Shown: positions 8,205 through 19,060, numbered from the stretch's first letter. The stretch: 64,000 bases of DNA from an uncultured Clostridia bacterium (GCA_934772045.1 CAKVMH010000004.1:7491-71490); one strand, 5' to 3'. Notes: generated by a model not told the origin, from the letters alone. Numbers and translations: made by a program.

Positions 8205-9848
8205 ATGACAAAAACAAAAAATAATTTGTTGGTTAAATTGCTTGTTGCAGTTGCATTTGTATTGTCCGCAATTTGCATGACTGCTTGTGCAAAAGCCAAC
8301 AAAAACATTTCAAAGATTTCTGTTGTTTCTTCAACCGTTCCAGCGGAGATTGTTGTCGGCAAATTTGACGAAGCGGGCATTAAAATCAAAGTGGAATATG
8401 AAGACGGAAGTTCAGCAGAAATGGCAGTAACCACCAGTATGTTAGATGATAATGCAAAACAACTTGTAAACACAAAATCTGGCAGTTACATCATCACAAT
8501 TAAATTCCGCGGTGAAGAAACTAAAATAACAGTAAATGTTATCGAAGCAACCGAAGTTCACACTGTAAAATTCTACAACGCTTACGGTTACATGATTTAT
8601 CGTGACGACAATGTTAGACATGGCCAAGCGTCAACCCTTCCAAGCGACGCTTCAGTTGAATGCCCAGGCTACACCTTTGTTGAATGGGACAGGGCAACTG
8701 ACAATGTAACAGGCGACATTGATGTTTACGGCATTTATTACAAAGTTGATGAAACAATGACAAGTGCCCAAATGGAATCTAAATTGGTTTCAATTAACGA
8801 ACAATTGTATTCATCATCATTCACGTCAAATACTGAAACAAAGTGTTATAGTCGTAATGGTGAGGATATCACGGATTTTGTATTAAGTTCTGCTTATTCT
8901 ACACAATTTAATTATCACTATCTTTCTAATAATAGTTTTGCTACTCAACGTTTCGATGAATCTTTTATGCAATCTGTAATGGTAGAGAATGAAAAACTTT
9001 ATTTAAAAGAATATTCAAAAGAATCAGGTGCTTGGGTAGGTGCAACAACTGCCGTAGAAGATTACAATGCAGAAGTTGGATATTGGGGTAGCGAAAGCGC
9101 GGTGATTGGTGCAATAGCAAACTTTAATCTAAACGAATTGCTTGAACATGCGTCATCAACAGATACCAGCAAATACACAAATACACAAAAGACATTTACA
9201 TACAAAAAATTTACAAACGGCAAAAATATGTACAATGCTAAATTGGAATATGATTTTAACTATAATGGTGGGTTTTCTACACCTGAAAATCACGTCATAG
9301 AAATAGTTTATGATGACAATAAAATATTAAGTGTTAAGCATACAAAATTGACAGACAGTAACAAATCTGATGAAACAATATACTTTGATTATGCTGAAAA
9401 AGACTTTGAAACTGTTACTGGTGATTTGGTAATTGAAGAAGGTTTGACAAATGCAAAAGAACTTATTAGTGCATTAAAGTCTGCCGATCACACATTATCA
9501 CTTGTGTCACAATCTCCAAGCGAAACATCAACTACTTTCACATACAATAGTAGCGCAAGATGTTATGTTGGTAATGATACAGAATCAACTATACTACCTA
9601 TCATCGCTAACTTTGAAAATAACATTGATTCAACAGTAAGTTTCAGTTATTTAAAATCTAGCGATACAGAATATGAATATGAAATCCAAGTATCACTTAA
9701 TGGTAAGTTATATGAGCATGGTGAAAACTTAACAATTAAAATTAGCAATAATAAGATTACAAGATTTGTATATTATACTCCAGCCGATGAATCTGTTGAG
9801 GATAGTCACCCAAATCGATATGAACTTACTGTTGTTTATGCTGACTAA
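8205..9848 (+). CDS. Surface lipoprotein with Ig-like and Listeria-Bacteroides (InlB B-repeat) domains
   Basis: Signal peptide with lipobox-like CMTAC. HTVKFYNAYGYMIY...PGYTFVEWD...GDIDVYGIY matches the Flg_new/Listeria-Bacteroides repeat pattern. Confidence 0.8.
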   Translation: MTKTKNNLLVKLLVAVAFVLSAICMTACAKANKNISKISVVSSTVPAEIVVGKFDEAGIKIKVEYEDGSSAEMAVTTSMLDDNAKQLVNTKSGSYIITIKFRGEETKITVNVIEATEVHTVKFYNAYGYMIYRDDNVRHGQASTLPSDASVECPGYTFVEWDRATDNVTGDIDVYGIYYKVDETMTSAQMESKLVSINEQLYSSSFTSNTETKCYSRNGEDITDFVLSSAYSTQFNYHYLSNNSFATQRFDESFMQSVMVENEKLYLKEYSKESGAWVGATTAVEDYNAEVGYWGSESAVIGAIANFNLNELLEHASSTDTSKYTNTQKTFTYKKFTNGKNMYNAKLEYDFNYNGGFSTPENHVIEIVYDDNKILSVKHTKLTDSNKSDETIYFDYAEKDFETVTGDLVIEEGLTNAKELISALKSADHTLSLVSQSPSETSTTFTYNSSARCYVGNDTESTILPIIANFENNIDSTVSFSYLKSSDTEYEYEIQVSLNGKLYEHGENLTIKISNNKITRFVYYTPADESVEDSHPNRYELTVVYAD

Positions 9849-10018
9849 AAGTGTTGATTAACGGCAATTTAAATTCTAATACATGATGAAAATAATTGAG
9901 AAATTAAGCCATTAAACAAATTCGAGATAAGGTTAATTGTAGTTTACAGTGTTGAAAATGTTAACACGATTAACACGAAAAAATTATATTCAAATGTAAC
10001 AAAATAAAAAGGGGATAC

Positions 10019-10052
10019 AAAAAAACACGGATAATAAGTCCGTGTTTTTTTT
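10019..10052. terminator. Bidirectional Rho-independent terminator (lipoprotein gene / secA)
   Basis: AAAAAACACGG-ATAATAAGT-CCGTGTTTTTTTT. Confidence 0.8.
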
Positions 10053-10065
10053 GCATTTTGTAATG

Positions 10066-12768
10066 TTATTTATTTGCCATATCTTTAATCATGCAACAGT
10101 TTTTATATTTTTTGCCACTCCCGCAAGGGCAAAGGTCGTTACGTCCAATATGAACATCTTTTTTACGTGCGCTTGATTGTTCGGTTTTATTTGTTTGTCC
10201 GCCAGCAACGGGACCAACAGGGCGCTTAGGCACGATTTCAATTTTAAGTTGTGATTTAAACAATGTTTCGGCAGTGTAGTCGCGTATGTCGGTAATCATC
10301 TTGTCGAACATTTCAAAACCGTCGTTTTTGTATGCAACGATAGGGTCTTTTTGACCATAAGCCATAATGCCAATTTCATTGCGAAGGGTGTTCATAGCGT
10401 CGATGTGATCAGTCCAGAACTTATCAACAACGCGGAGCAAAATGTTACGTTCCAAAATGCTGAAATCAATATTAAGTTTTTTAACTTCGGCAATTTTTGC
10501 TTCGTAAATTTCCAACAATTTTTCATAAACATTTTGTGCAACTTGATGTGCGTCAAGCCCGTCAACAAATTCAGCAGTAACCAAATTTGTGTTTGGTGCC
10601 AAAAGTTTTGCTTCTAACTCTTTATTCAATGGTTCCAAATCCCATTCGAAGTAAGGCTTTGCTTCGTCTAAATAGTTAAGGCAAGTTTCAAACACATATT
10701 CTTTAAGCATTTCAAGGATTTGTGGGTGAATGTCCACACCATCAAGCACTTTGTCGCGTTCACCGTAAATGATTTGGCGTTGTTTGTTCAAAACATCGTC
10801 ATATTCAAGCACGTTTTTACGCATGCCAAAGTTCATTGCTTCAACTTTCTTTTGTGCAGACTCAAAGAACCTTGTTAAAATCCTTGATTGCAAAGGCATA
10901 TCTTCATTACCGCGGAAGGCGATAGCGAACCAGTTTTTCATTCTATTTTCGCCAAACCGTTGTGGTAAGTCATCTTCCAATGAGATGAAGAAGATACTTG
11001 AACCTGGGTCACCTTGACGGCCAGCACGACCACGCAACTGGTTATCAATACGACGTGATTCATGGCGTTCAGTGCCAAGAATGTGAAGCCCGCCAAGTTC
11101 AATAACCTTTTTCTTTTCTTCGTCAGTAACCTTTTTAAAATCTGCCAAATACTGTTGATATTTTTCCTTTAAAACCTTTTCTTCGTCGGTTAAATCTGCG
11201 TTGTATGAAGTGATTTTTTCCATAACGGCAGGCTCAACATTTTCGTTAAGCATTTTTTGTTTTGCCAAAAATTCAGGGTTACCACCAAGCAAAATATCGG
11301 TACCACGACCTGCCATGTTTGTTGCAATTGTAACTTGACCAACACGACCAGATTGTGCAACAATTTGACCTTCCAATTCATGGTTTTTAGCATTCAAAAG
11401 GTTGTGTGGAATGCCAAGTTTTTTAATTTCACGGCTTATGCGTTCACTTTTTTCAACTGACGCAGTACCAACCAAGATAGGTTGACCTTTTTCATATTTT
11501 TCCTTAATTTCTTCAACAATAGCGTTATATTTTGCTTGTTCGGTGAAGAAGATAAGGTCTTGTTCATCAACACGTTGAACCGGCTTGTTTGTAGGAATGG
11601 TTACAACGTCAAGGTTGTAAATTTTGTTAAATTCGCTTTCTTCGGTTTTTGCAGTACCAGTCATACCGCTAAGTTTTGAATAAAGTTTGAAGTAGTTTTG
11701 AAGGGTAATGGTTGCAAGTGTTTTGTTTTCTTCATTGATTTTAACACCTTCTTTTGCTTCAATTGCTTGGTGCAAACCGTCGCTGTAACGCCTGCCTTGC
11801 ATGATACGGCCAGTAAATTCATCAACGATAAGCACTTCATCGTTTTTAACAATGTAGTTGATGTCGCGTTCCATAATAAAGTTAGCACGAAGGGCATTGT
11901 TGATGTGGTGGTTGATTTCAAGGTTTTGAATATCACTCAAATTTTCAAGTTTGAAATAAGTTTCAGCCTTGCTTACACCAGTTTCGGTTAAGCGAATTTG
12001 TTTGTGTTTGATGTCGATGTCAACATCTTCTGGTTTCAACCTTTTTGCGAAATTGTCGGCAACAGAGTAAAGGTCGGTTGATTTGCCACCAGCGCCAGAA
12101 ATAATCAGCGGTGTGCGCGCTTCATCAATTAAAATAGAGTCCACTTCGTCCACAATACAGAAATTGTGCCCACGTTGCACTTTGTATTCTTTGCTAACTT
12201 GCATATTGTCGCGCAAATAGTCAAAGCCAAATTCATTGTTTGTGCCGTATGTGATGTCGCATTCGTATGCCTTTTTCTTTTCGGCTGGTTGTTGCCCAGA
12301 AAGGGTGCAACCAATAGTTAAGCCCAAGAATTTGTACAACTTGCCCATCATTTCCGCTTGTGTGGTTGCCAAGTATTCATTGACGGTAATTACATGCACA
12401 TTTTTGCCTGTAAGTGCGTTCAAATAAACCGCGGTTGTTGCAGTTAAAGTTTTACCTTCACCTGTGCGCATTTCTGCAATACGACCTTGATGCAAAACAA
12501 CACCACCAATAAGTTGAACATGGAAGTGACGCATGCCTAAAACACGCGTTGCAGCTTCACGCACAACAGCAAAAGCATCTGGCAAAATGTCGTCAGTTGT
12601 TTCACCGCTTGCAAGCCTGTCTTTAAAAATTTGTGTTTGGCTTTGCAATTCGCTGTCGTTCATGGCAGAATAATAATCTGCTTTATCTTCAATTTGTTTT
12701 ACAATTTTTTCAATTTTGTTAAGGCTTCGTTTGTTGTCCGAAGCGAATAAGTAAGAAAATAATCCCAT
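10066..12768 (-). CDS. secA: Preprotein translocase ATPase SecA
   Basis: Start moved to MGLFSYLF (ATG at 12768, SD AAAGGA). MRTGEGKTL Walker A, DEVDSILIDEARTPLIISG, C-terminal zinc motif CPCGSGKKYKNCC. Confidence 0.95.
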   Translation of the reverse strand: MGLFSYLFASDNKRSLNKIEKIVKQIEDKADYYSAMNDSELQSQTQIFKDRLASGETTDDILPDAFAVVREAATRVLGMRHFHVQLIGGVVLHQGRIAEMRTGEGKTLTATTAVYLNALTGKNVHVITVNEYLATTQAEMMGKLYKFLGLTIGCTLSGQQPAEKKKAYECDITYGTNNEFGFDYLRDNMQVSKEYKVQRGHNFCIVDEVDSILIDEARTPLIISGAGGKSTDLYSVADNFAKRLKPEDVDIDIKHKQIRLTETGVSKAETYFKLENLSDIQNLEINHHINNALRANFIMERDINYIVKNDEVLIVDEFTGRIMQGRRYSDGLHQAIEAKEGVKINEENKTLATITLQNYFKLYSKLSGMTGTAKTEESEFNKIYNLDVVTIPTNKPVQRVDEQDLIFFTEQAKYNAIVEEIKEKYEKGQPILVGTASVEKSERISREIKKLGIPHNLLNAKNHELEGQIVAQSGRVGQVTIATNMAGRGTDILLGGNPEFLAKQKMLNENVEPAVMEKITSYNADLTDEEKVLKEKYQQYLADFKKVTDEEKKKVIELGGLHILGTERHESRRIDNQLRGRAGRQGDPGSSIFFISLEDDLPQRFGENRMKNWFAIAFRGNEDMPLQSRILTRFFESAQKKVEAMNFGMRKNVLEYDDVLNKQRQIIYGERDKVLDGVDIHPQILEMLKEYVFETCLNYLDEAKPYFEWDLEPLNKELEAKLLAPNTNLVTAEFVDGLDAHQVAQNVYEKLLEIYEAKIAEVKKLNIDFSILERNILLRVVDKFWTDHIDAMNTLRNEIGIMAYGQKDPIVAYKNDGFEMFDKMITDIRDYTAETLFKSQLKIEIVPKRPVGPVAGGQTNKTEQSSARKKDVHIGRNDLCPCGSGKKYKNCCMIKDMANK

Positions 12769-12927
12769 AAAAAATCCTTTCAAATTAATACTTTTCTCAT
12801 TGTAACAAAAGTTTAATTTTTTGTCCACTAAATTATACTTAAATAACAATATAAATAACAGGGCGACAGTGTAAAACTGAGCATATCGACATAAAAATAC
12901 ACTTTAACTTGCTTTACATTATTCACA

Positions 12928-12958
12928 CAAAAAAACCACTAATTAAAGTGGCTTTTTT
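12928..12958. terminator. Weak hairpin with T/A runs downstream of minus-strand ORF 13009
   Basis: AAAAAACCACT-AATTA-AAGTGGCTTTTTT. Confidence 0.45.
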
Positions 12959-13008
12959 ATTGTATTTTAAATCTTTTGCATCTGAATTAAACTAAGCAAG
13001 CCATTCAC

Positions 13009-13824
13009 TTAAAGTTGATTAATTAAATCATCACGTTTTTTAGCATATTCTTCTTCAGTTATAAGGTTTTGGTCAAGCAATGATTTAAGTTCTTTTAATT
13101 GAGCTTGAACAGATTTATCATCTTTTTGTTTTGCAAGTTTATCGTCGCCAAACATTGGGACACCTTCGCGTTGACGGCGTCTATCCATATTTCGAATAAT
13201 TCCATTTGAAATAGCAACAAAGGCTAAAGCCATGATTGCAAACATTATTGTCAACTTGTTTGACAAAAACCCTGCGTTTGCAATTGGTTCAAATCCGTTG
13301 TTTCCAATTTTTACTGAAGCTAGTGCTATTGAACCATAAAAGTCAAGGAATAATTGGCTTATGTATGTCACAACTTGAAAAGCAATCATTGTTTTGCGGT
13401 ATTTTACTACAAATGTTGCAATTGAGTTTGTAACTATAATTTGAAATGATATAATTAAACTGATTTTCAAAAAGCGTAATTGACCAATCAAAAGTCCTGC
13501 ATTTTCAGCTTTAATCGCATCTGCAATTTTGATGCCAACAATTATGTCAACAATCCAAAGTATACAGCTAAAAGCTGTCAATCCAAACATAACATAACAT
13601 AAGATTTTAAATTCGCCTTTGCTCAGTACCTTAACCCATGGTAGTGTCATCATACAGCATACGCTAACAACCAAAATGATAAGCACAAGGGCAAGCATTC
13701 CTGATGAGTATTTGATGTATTCAAATCCCATCATAATTACCAACGCAACAGACACAAACATGCCAACAATTGCAATGGTTTGGATTAAGCGGTAAAGTTT
13801 TTCATTATTCTTAGATTTTTCCAT
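13009..13824 (-). CDS. Polytopic membrane protein with C-terminal SHOCT-like domain
   Basis: Start at MEKSKNNE (AAGGAG 5 nt upstream). Six or more hydrophobic helices. C-terminal LKELKSLLDQNLITEEEYAKKRDDLI resembles SHOCT. Confidence 0.8.
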   Translation of the reverse strand: MEKSKNNEKLYRLIQTIAIVGMFVSVALVIMMGFEYIKYSSGMLALVLIILVVSVCCMMTLPWVKVLSKGEFKILCYVMFGLTAFSCILWIVDIIVGIKIADAIKAENAGLLIGQLRFLKISLIISFQIIVTNSIATFVVKYRKTMIAFQVVTYISQLFLDFYGSIALASVKIGNNGFEPIANAGFLSNKLTIMFAIMALAFVAISNGIIRNMDRRRQREGVPMFGDDKLAKQKDDKSVQAQLKELKSLLDQNLITEEEYAKKRDDLINQL

Positions 13825-13948
13825 ACGAACTCCTTTTAATCCCAAAAATGAAATTCATTTTAAGTTTAATGTAATTATACACAAAAACGCTGTTAAAAGC
13901 AAGAAAAACTGCATAAAAAATTAATTTCCATAAAATCCAACAAAATTT

Positions 13949-14764
13949 TTAAGCAATTTTCTGCTTATTTTTTTTGTTTTTACACTTTTTCTTTTTACTT
14001 TCAAATTCCATTCTGCCCAATTCGTTGCAACGGGCAAGCAATTTTTGCGCAATCTCATCACGTGTTGCGCCATCTTTTGTTAGTTCACTATATTTAACAG
14101 GCGCGTCAAAAATGTAAACTTTTTCCTTAATTTTAAAAAAAGAAACATAAATCGGCACATCAATACCTTTTGCTTTACAAACATCAGCGAAAGACAAAAA
14201 CCCTTTATAAAACCCTTCAAGTTGGGGTAGATAACCTTTGTCAGACTTTTCAGGGAAAATCACGACATTGTCACCATCTTGAATAGCTTTCAAACTTTCT
14301 TTCAATGTTTGGCGGAACCTTGCATCGTGAAAGGTGGAAATTAAATTAAGCCCTTTATAATATAAATTTGTAAGCGGGCTAGCAATTAAACAAAACATTC
14401 TGGCAAGAAATAAATTCCAATGCTTTTTTTCATGGTAGTAAACTTTAGTTTGATATGCATAAAGTTTTCTAAGCCCTGAATTCATCTCGCCTGTTCCCCA
14501 AAAACGGATAGGAAAATCGCAATACATTTCAAGTGATAGTGGGGCATCGGTGCCTTCATGGTTACTTATTATAATTGCTCCTTTCGTGGGCTTTTCACCT
14601 AAAAACACAAATTCGGGGCGTTTATAACGGCAAACCATAAGCTTTTTCATAAACCTAAACCAAGCTTTTCGTTTCTGTTTAAATTTTTTTGATTTTTTTT
14701 GTTTTTTATTGTTGTTTGGCTCAACTTCAATATTTAATTTATTTTCTTTTTCTTCTGTTTCCAT
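13949..14764 (-). CDS. PlsC/LPLAT-superfamily acyltransferase (lysophospholipid acyltransferase-like)
   Basis: NHEGTDAP (H-x-D box variant) and VVIFPEKSDKGY (PEG-box-like). Lys-rich N and C tails. No SD, so the start is uncertain. Confidence 0.7.
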   Translation of the reverse strand: METEEKENKLNIEVEPNNNKKQKKSKKFKQKRKAWFRFMKKLMVCRYKRPEFVFLGEKPTKGAIIISNHEGTDAPLSLEMYCDFPIRFWGTGEMNSGLRKLYAYQTKVYYHEKKHWNLFLARMFCLIASPLTNLYYKGLNLISTFHDARFRQTLKESLKAIQDGDNVVIFPEKSDKGYLPQLEGFYKGFLSFADVCKAKGIDVPIYVSFFKIKEKVYIFDAPVKYSELTKDGATRDEIAQKLLARCNELGRMEFESKKKKCKNKKNKQKIA

Positions 14765-15110
14765 ATATGAATATTATCATAAATGACCAATATTTAAAAA
14801 CAATTTTCGTCAAAAATCTACATTTGGTGTTTTTCCGAATAATTTTTAAGCGGTAATCCATTTTAGAGTTTAAAATTAAATAAAAAGATAAAATTATATA
14901 TAAGTTGCACTTAAATTTCACATTGTAGCAGAAAATTCTATTCACAATAGAGTTTTAGAATTGACTTTCCAAGTACGTGAGAGAAAAATACAAACTCTCA
15001 TGTGCGAAAATAAATTATCTAATTTTAGTAACCTAAGTTTAGAGCAAAATTTGGCAATTCTCTTGCAAAAATGAATAAACAAATATTAATATTACAACAC
15101 TGGAGGACGC

Positions 15111-15923
15111 ATGAAGGAACAACAAGTTATTTATTTCAGTGATGAATTAAATGATGATTTTGCTGAAACGAAAGACGATATTAAACCGCTTAGTGATAAG
15201 TTTGTTTATTTCAGTACAAATCCGTTTTGGCAAATTAAACATTTTTTTTGGAATAAAATTGTTGCTTACCCAGTTGCCTACTTGCATGCCAAATGCAGGT
15301 TTAAGTGGAAAGTTAAAAATAAAAAACTTTTCAAAAAAGTTAAAAAGACAGGCTACTTTATTTATGGCAACCACACTCAGCAGTTCTTCGACGCGGCTAT
15401 GCCCAAAATCCTTGCAAACCATGAAGCATATGTCATGGTTAACCAAGTAAACTTAAATTTAAAAGGTTTAGGTTGGTTGGTCAAGCGTTTAGGTGCATTG
15501 CCAGTGCCAACTAATGTACACGAAACTAAAAGGTTTGTTTCGGCAGTTGACAAATTGATGGAAAAACACAAATCAATATTAATTTACCCAGAAGCACACA
15601 TTTGGCCATACTACACAAAAATTCGCCCATTTGTTTCCACTTCGTTTAGGTATCCAGTGAAGTACAATGTTCCTGCATTTTGTTTTACTAACACATATCA
15701 CAAACGAAAAAATGGTAAAGTGCAAATCACGACCTATGTGGACGGTCCATTTTATCCAAACACTGAATTGCCAACAAAAGAAAGGACACAAGCCTTGCGT
15801 GACCAAATTTACGAAACAATGGTTGAACGCAGTAAACTGAGTGATTATGAATTTGTGAAGTACATTAAAAAAGATACAAAGATAGAAAACTCAAATGAAA
15901 AAAATACAACACATAATTGTTAA
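15111..15923 (+). CDS. PlsC/LPLAT-superfamily acyltransferase
   Basis: YGNHTQQFFD and ILIYPEAHIWPY boxes. SD GGAGGA. Confidence 0.75.
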   Translation: MKEQQVIYFSDELNDDFAETKDDIKPLSDKFVYFSTNPFWQIKHFFWNKIVAYPVAYLHAKCRFKWKVKNKKLFKKVKKTGYFIYGNHTQQFFDAAMPKILANHEAYVMVNQVNLNLKGLGWLVKRLGALPVPTNVHETKRFVSAVDKLMEKHKSILIYPEAHIWPYYTKIRPFVSTSFRYPVKYNVPAFCFTNTYHKRKNGKVQITTYVDGPFYPNTELPTKERTQALRDQIYETMVERSKLSDYEFVKYIKKDTKIENSNEKNTTHNC

Positions 15924-16010
15924 ATTGGTGCATTAAGAACAGTTTAACATTTGTTAATTAATGTGTGTGCACACAAAATTATTAGTTAAATTTATAAAAG
16001 GAGTACACGA

Positions 16011-16877
16011 ATGATTAATGTTTTATTTTCAGGCAATTCAAAAGTGTTCGATGGTGCGTTGACCACTATGCTTTCAATATTCATGCGCACAACAACAAAA
16101 GAGCCATTTAAATTTTACATTTACACAATGGACATAACAAGGATAAAACCTGAATATACAGCAATTGATGATAAAATGGTTCAATTTTTGGACAAGGTTG
16201 CCAAAAGTTACAATGAAGAAAACAGTGTTGTAAAAATTGATGTAGGCGACTTATATAAGCAAGAGTTTGAAAACAGCCCAAATGAACAGTGCTATTGCTC
16301 ACCTTACACATTGCTTCGCTTATTTGCGGATCTTATCCCAGATGTGCCAGATAAATTGCTTTACCTTGATATTGACATTATGTTTAACCGTGACATTACA
16401 TTACTTTATAATCAAGACATTGAAGGATACGAGTACGCAGCGGCGCAAGATCATTATGGGAAATTCACAATAAACCCAAGGTATATTAATGCAGGCGTTT
16501 TGCTTCTTAATATGCCAGAAATTAAAAAGACAGGCTTATTTGCCAAAGCACGTAATTTGATTAAAACCAAGAAGATGTTATTCGCCGACCAAGATGCAAT
16601 TTGGCGTTCAACAACAAAATTTAAAACTTTGCCACAAAAGTTTAACGACCAAAAGTTTTGCCATAAATCAACAGTTGTAAGGCATTTCAGCAAAAGGCTG
16701 TTTTGGACGCCTTACCCACACACTGCGAACATCAAACAATGGCATGTAAGCAAGGTACACAAAGTGTTCCATTACTATCAATTTGACGACATTTTATATG
16801 AATACATTTACTTAAAAAAGTGTTATGAAAATAGTTTAAAAAATTTAAAAGGGGAAATAAAAAATGAACAAAAATAA
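16011..16877 (+). CDS. Glycosyltransferase family 8
   Basis: LLYLDIDIMF (DxD), INAGVLLLN, FADQDAIW. SD AAGGAG. Confidence 0.85.
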   Translation: MINVLFSGNSKVFDGALTTMLSIFMRTTTKEPFKFYIYTMDITRIKPEYTAIDDKMVQFLDKVAKSYNEENSVVKIDVGDLYKQEFENSPNEQCYCSPYTLLRLFADLIPDVPDKLLYLDIDIMFNRDITLLYNQDIEGYEYAAAQDHYGKFTINPRYINAGVLLLNMPEIKKTGLFAKARNLIKTKKMLFADQDAIWRSTTKFKTLPQKFNDQKFCHKSTVVRHFSKRLFWTPYPHTANIKQWHVSKVHKVFHYYQFDDILYEYIYLKKCYENSLKNLKGEIKNEQK

Positions 16878-17964
16878 AAAAGACAACATCATACCAATTA
16901 TCTTCACATGTGATGATAAATACATTCCATTTTTGGCAGTGTCGCTAGAATCTTTGGAAACAAATGCTTCACGCCAATACAAATATGATATTAAAATTTT
17001 GCATTCAAACAATGTCAGCGAAGAAAACCAAAATATTATACGCAACAAGTACAACAACAAAATTTTTAAAATCAGTTTTGAAGACATTTCATCATATGTC
17101 GAACTTATTGCAAGCAAATTACACACACGCGACTATTACTCAAAAGCAACATATTATAGGCTTTTCATTCCAAACCTATACAAACATTATGACAAGGTTT
17201 TATATTTGGACAGCGATATTGTTGTCCAAGGCGATATTTCAGAACTTTACAACACAGATTTAGGCAACAATTTTGTTGGCGCAATCCCTGATGAATTTGT
17301 ACAATGCACACCTCTTGCATGGGATTATGTTGAAAAGCACGTTCCACTAGGCAAAGGTAATCATACAAAATATTTCAATGCTGGCATTTTGCTTATGAAT
17401 TGCAAACGCTTGCGTGAAATTGACTTTGAAGGTAAATTTATTGATTTACTAGGCAAAGTTAAATTCCAAGTTGCACAAGACCAAGACTATCTAAACTGCA
17501 TTTGCCGTGGTAAGGTTAGGTTAATTAATTCAGTTTGGAACAAACAACCTTTCCCGTCAGCGACAATCAAAGAAAAGGATATTAAAATTTTCCACTATAA
17601 CTTAGATTTGAAACCTTGGAAAAAAGACGGCATTTTGTACGAAGATTATTTTTGGAATTATGCAAAATCAAGCGGTTATTTAAAAGATATTGCACAAATG
17701 AAAGCAAATGTAACAGAAGAATCTATTAAGTTAGCAGAAGAACAAACTAAAAACCTTTGTGAAAACATTGTCGCACAAGCAAACGATATTGTGGACAATG
17801 CAAGGATAAAGAAAATTGTTGACGAAATATTTAAAGATAAAGGTTCTCCATTAGTTAAAAATACAGTGGTTGCATGTGATGTGGAAGAATTGGAAAATGC
17901 AGACATATTCGCAGGGCTTGAATTAAGTTCAGTGCCAACCAAGCCACAAGGGCAGAATGGTTAA
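16864..17964 (+). CDS. Glycosyltransferase family 8 with C-terminal extension
   Basis: VLYLDSDIVV (DxD), FNAGILLMN, AQDQDYLN. 14-nt overlap with the upstream GT8 gene. Confidence 0.85.
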   Translation: MNKNKKDNIIPIIFTCDDKYIPFLAVSLESLETNASRQYKYDIKILHSNNVSEENQNIIRNKYNNKIFKISFEDISSYVELIASKLHTRDYYSKATYYRLFIPNLYKHYDKVLYLDSDIVVQGDISELYNTDLGNNFVGAIPDEFVQCTPLAWDYVEKHVPLGKGNHTKYFNAGILLMNCKRLREIDFEGKFIDLLGKVKFQVAQDQDYLNCICRGKVRLINSVWNKQPFPSATIKEKDIKIFHYNLDLKPWKKDGILYEDYFWNYAKSSGYLKDIAQMKANVTEESIKLAEEQTKNLCENIVAQANDIVDNARIKKIVDEIFKDKGSPLVKNTVVACDVEELENADIFAGLELSSVPTKPQGQNG

Positions 17965-18033
17965 TAAAAACTGTTAGTGTAAATTAACAACGATTTTGCA
18001 AGGTAAAAAATTCTTCAATTTTAAGGAGTAACA

Positions 18034-18888
18034 ATGGAAGAAATCAAAAAAGCACAAGATAGGTTAGAAGTTTTAAAGAAAATTGAAGAACTGGAAACAA
18101 AAGGCATATTCGATGTCGATGTTGAGGTCGACCCACCAACAATCGAACTTAAACCTAATGAAATTGATTATAAGCATAAAAAGCTATCAGATAAAATCAA
18201 AAGGTTTTTCACATACAAAATAGCTGGCAAAATGCTAAAAAAATTAAAAAATGACGGTATGTTTAGGCTTAATGAGATTGAAGGTCTTGAAAATATGCGC
18301 TCAGTTAAAACTGGGGCAATCGTCACCTGCAACCATTTTGGTGTGATTGACAGTTTTATTATGGACCAAACTTTCAGGCAAGCAAAATTAAAGCATAAAC
18401 GCATGTATAAAGTGATACGCGAAGGAAATTACACAAACCCGCCAAGGGGCTTTGAACCTATATTTAAATATTGCGACACTTTACCTTTAAGCCAAAATAA
18501 GGACACAATGAAAAAGTTTTTACGTGCCACTAATGAACTTTTACAAGAAGGCAATTTTGTGCTTGTCTACCCAGAAGAAAGTATGTGGTGGAATTACCGC
18601 AAGCCTAAGCCATTAAAAACAGGGGCATTCCGCTTTGCTGTTAAAAATAATGTGCCAGTCATTCCTTGTTTTGTCACAATGGAAGATAGCGACCAAATTG
18701 GCGCAGATGGTTTCCCTGTTCAAATACACACCATGCACATTCTTAAACCTATATATCTTGATAAAGGTCTAAACGACAAACAAAACATTGAAAATATGAA
18801 ACAGCAAAACTATGACATGTGGAAGGCGTTATATGAAAAAGTTTATAACAAACCTTTAACATATTTGTGCGATAAAAACGCCAAATAA
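18034..18888 (+). CDS. PlsC/LPLAT-superfamily acyltransferase
   Basis: Canonical HX4D (CNHFGVIDS) and LVYPEESMWW boxes. SD AAGGAG. Confidence 0.8.
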   Translation: MEEIKKAQDRLEVLKKIEELETKGIFDVDVEVDPPTIELKPNEIDYKHKKLSDKIKRFFTYKIAGKMLKKLKNDGMFRLNEIEGLENMRSVKTGAIVTCNHFGVIDSFIMDQTFRQAKLKHKRMYKVIREGNYTNPPRGFEPIFKYCDTLPLSQNKDTMKKFLRATNELLQEGNFVLVYPEESMWWNYRKPKPLKTGAFRFAVKNNVPVIPCFVTMEDSDQIGADGFPVQIHTMHILKPIYLDKGLNDKQNIENMKQQNYDMWKALYEKVYNKPLTYLCDKNAK

Positions 18889-19060
18889 ATGAAAAATAAA
18901 TAAAATGTGTTTTATAACACTATAACAATATAAAAACTAATACCAAGACAACACATGTTCTTAACTACATAATCGTTTTCTATTAACGCAAAATAAAAAC
19001 ACGATTGAAGTATTTAATAACTAGTTAAATAAATATTTAAAAGGTTACATAAACTAAAAT

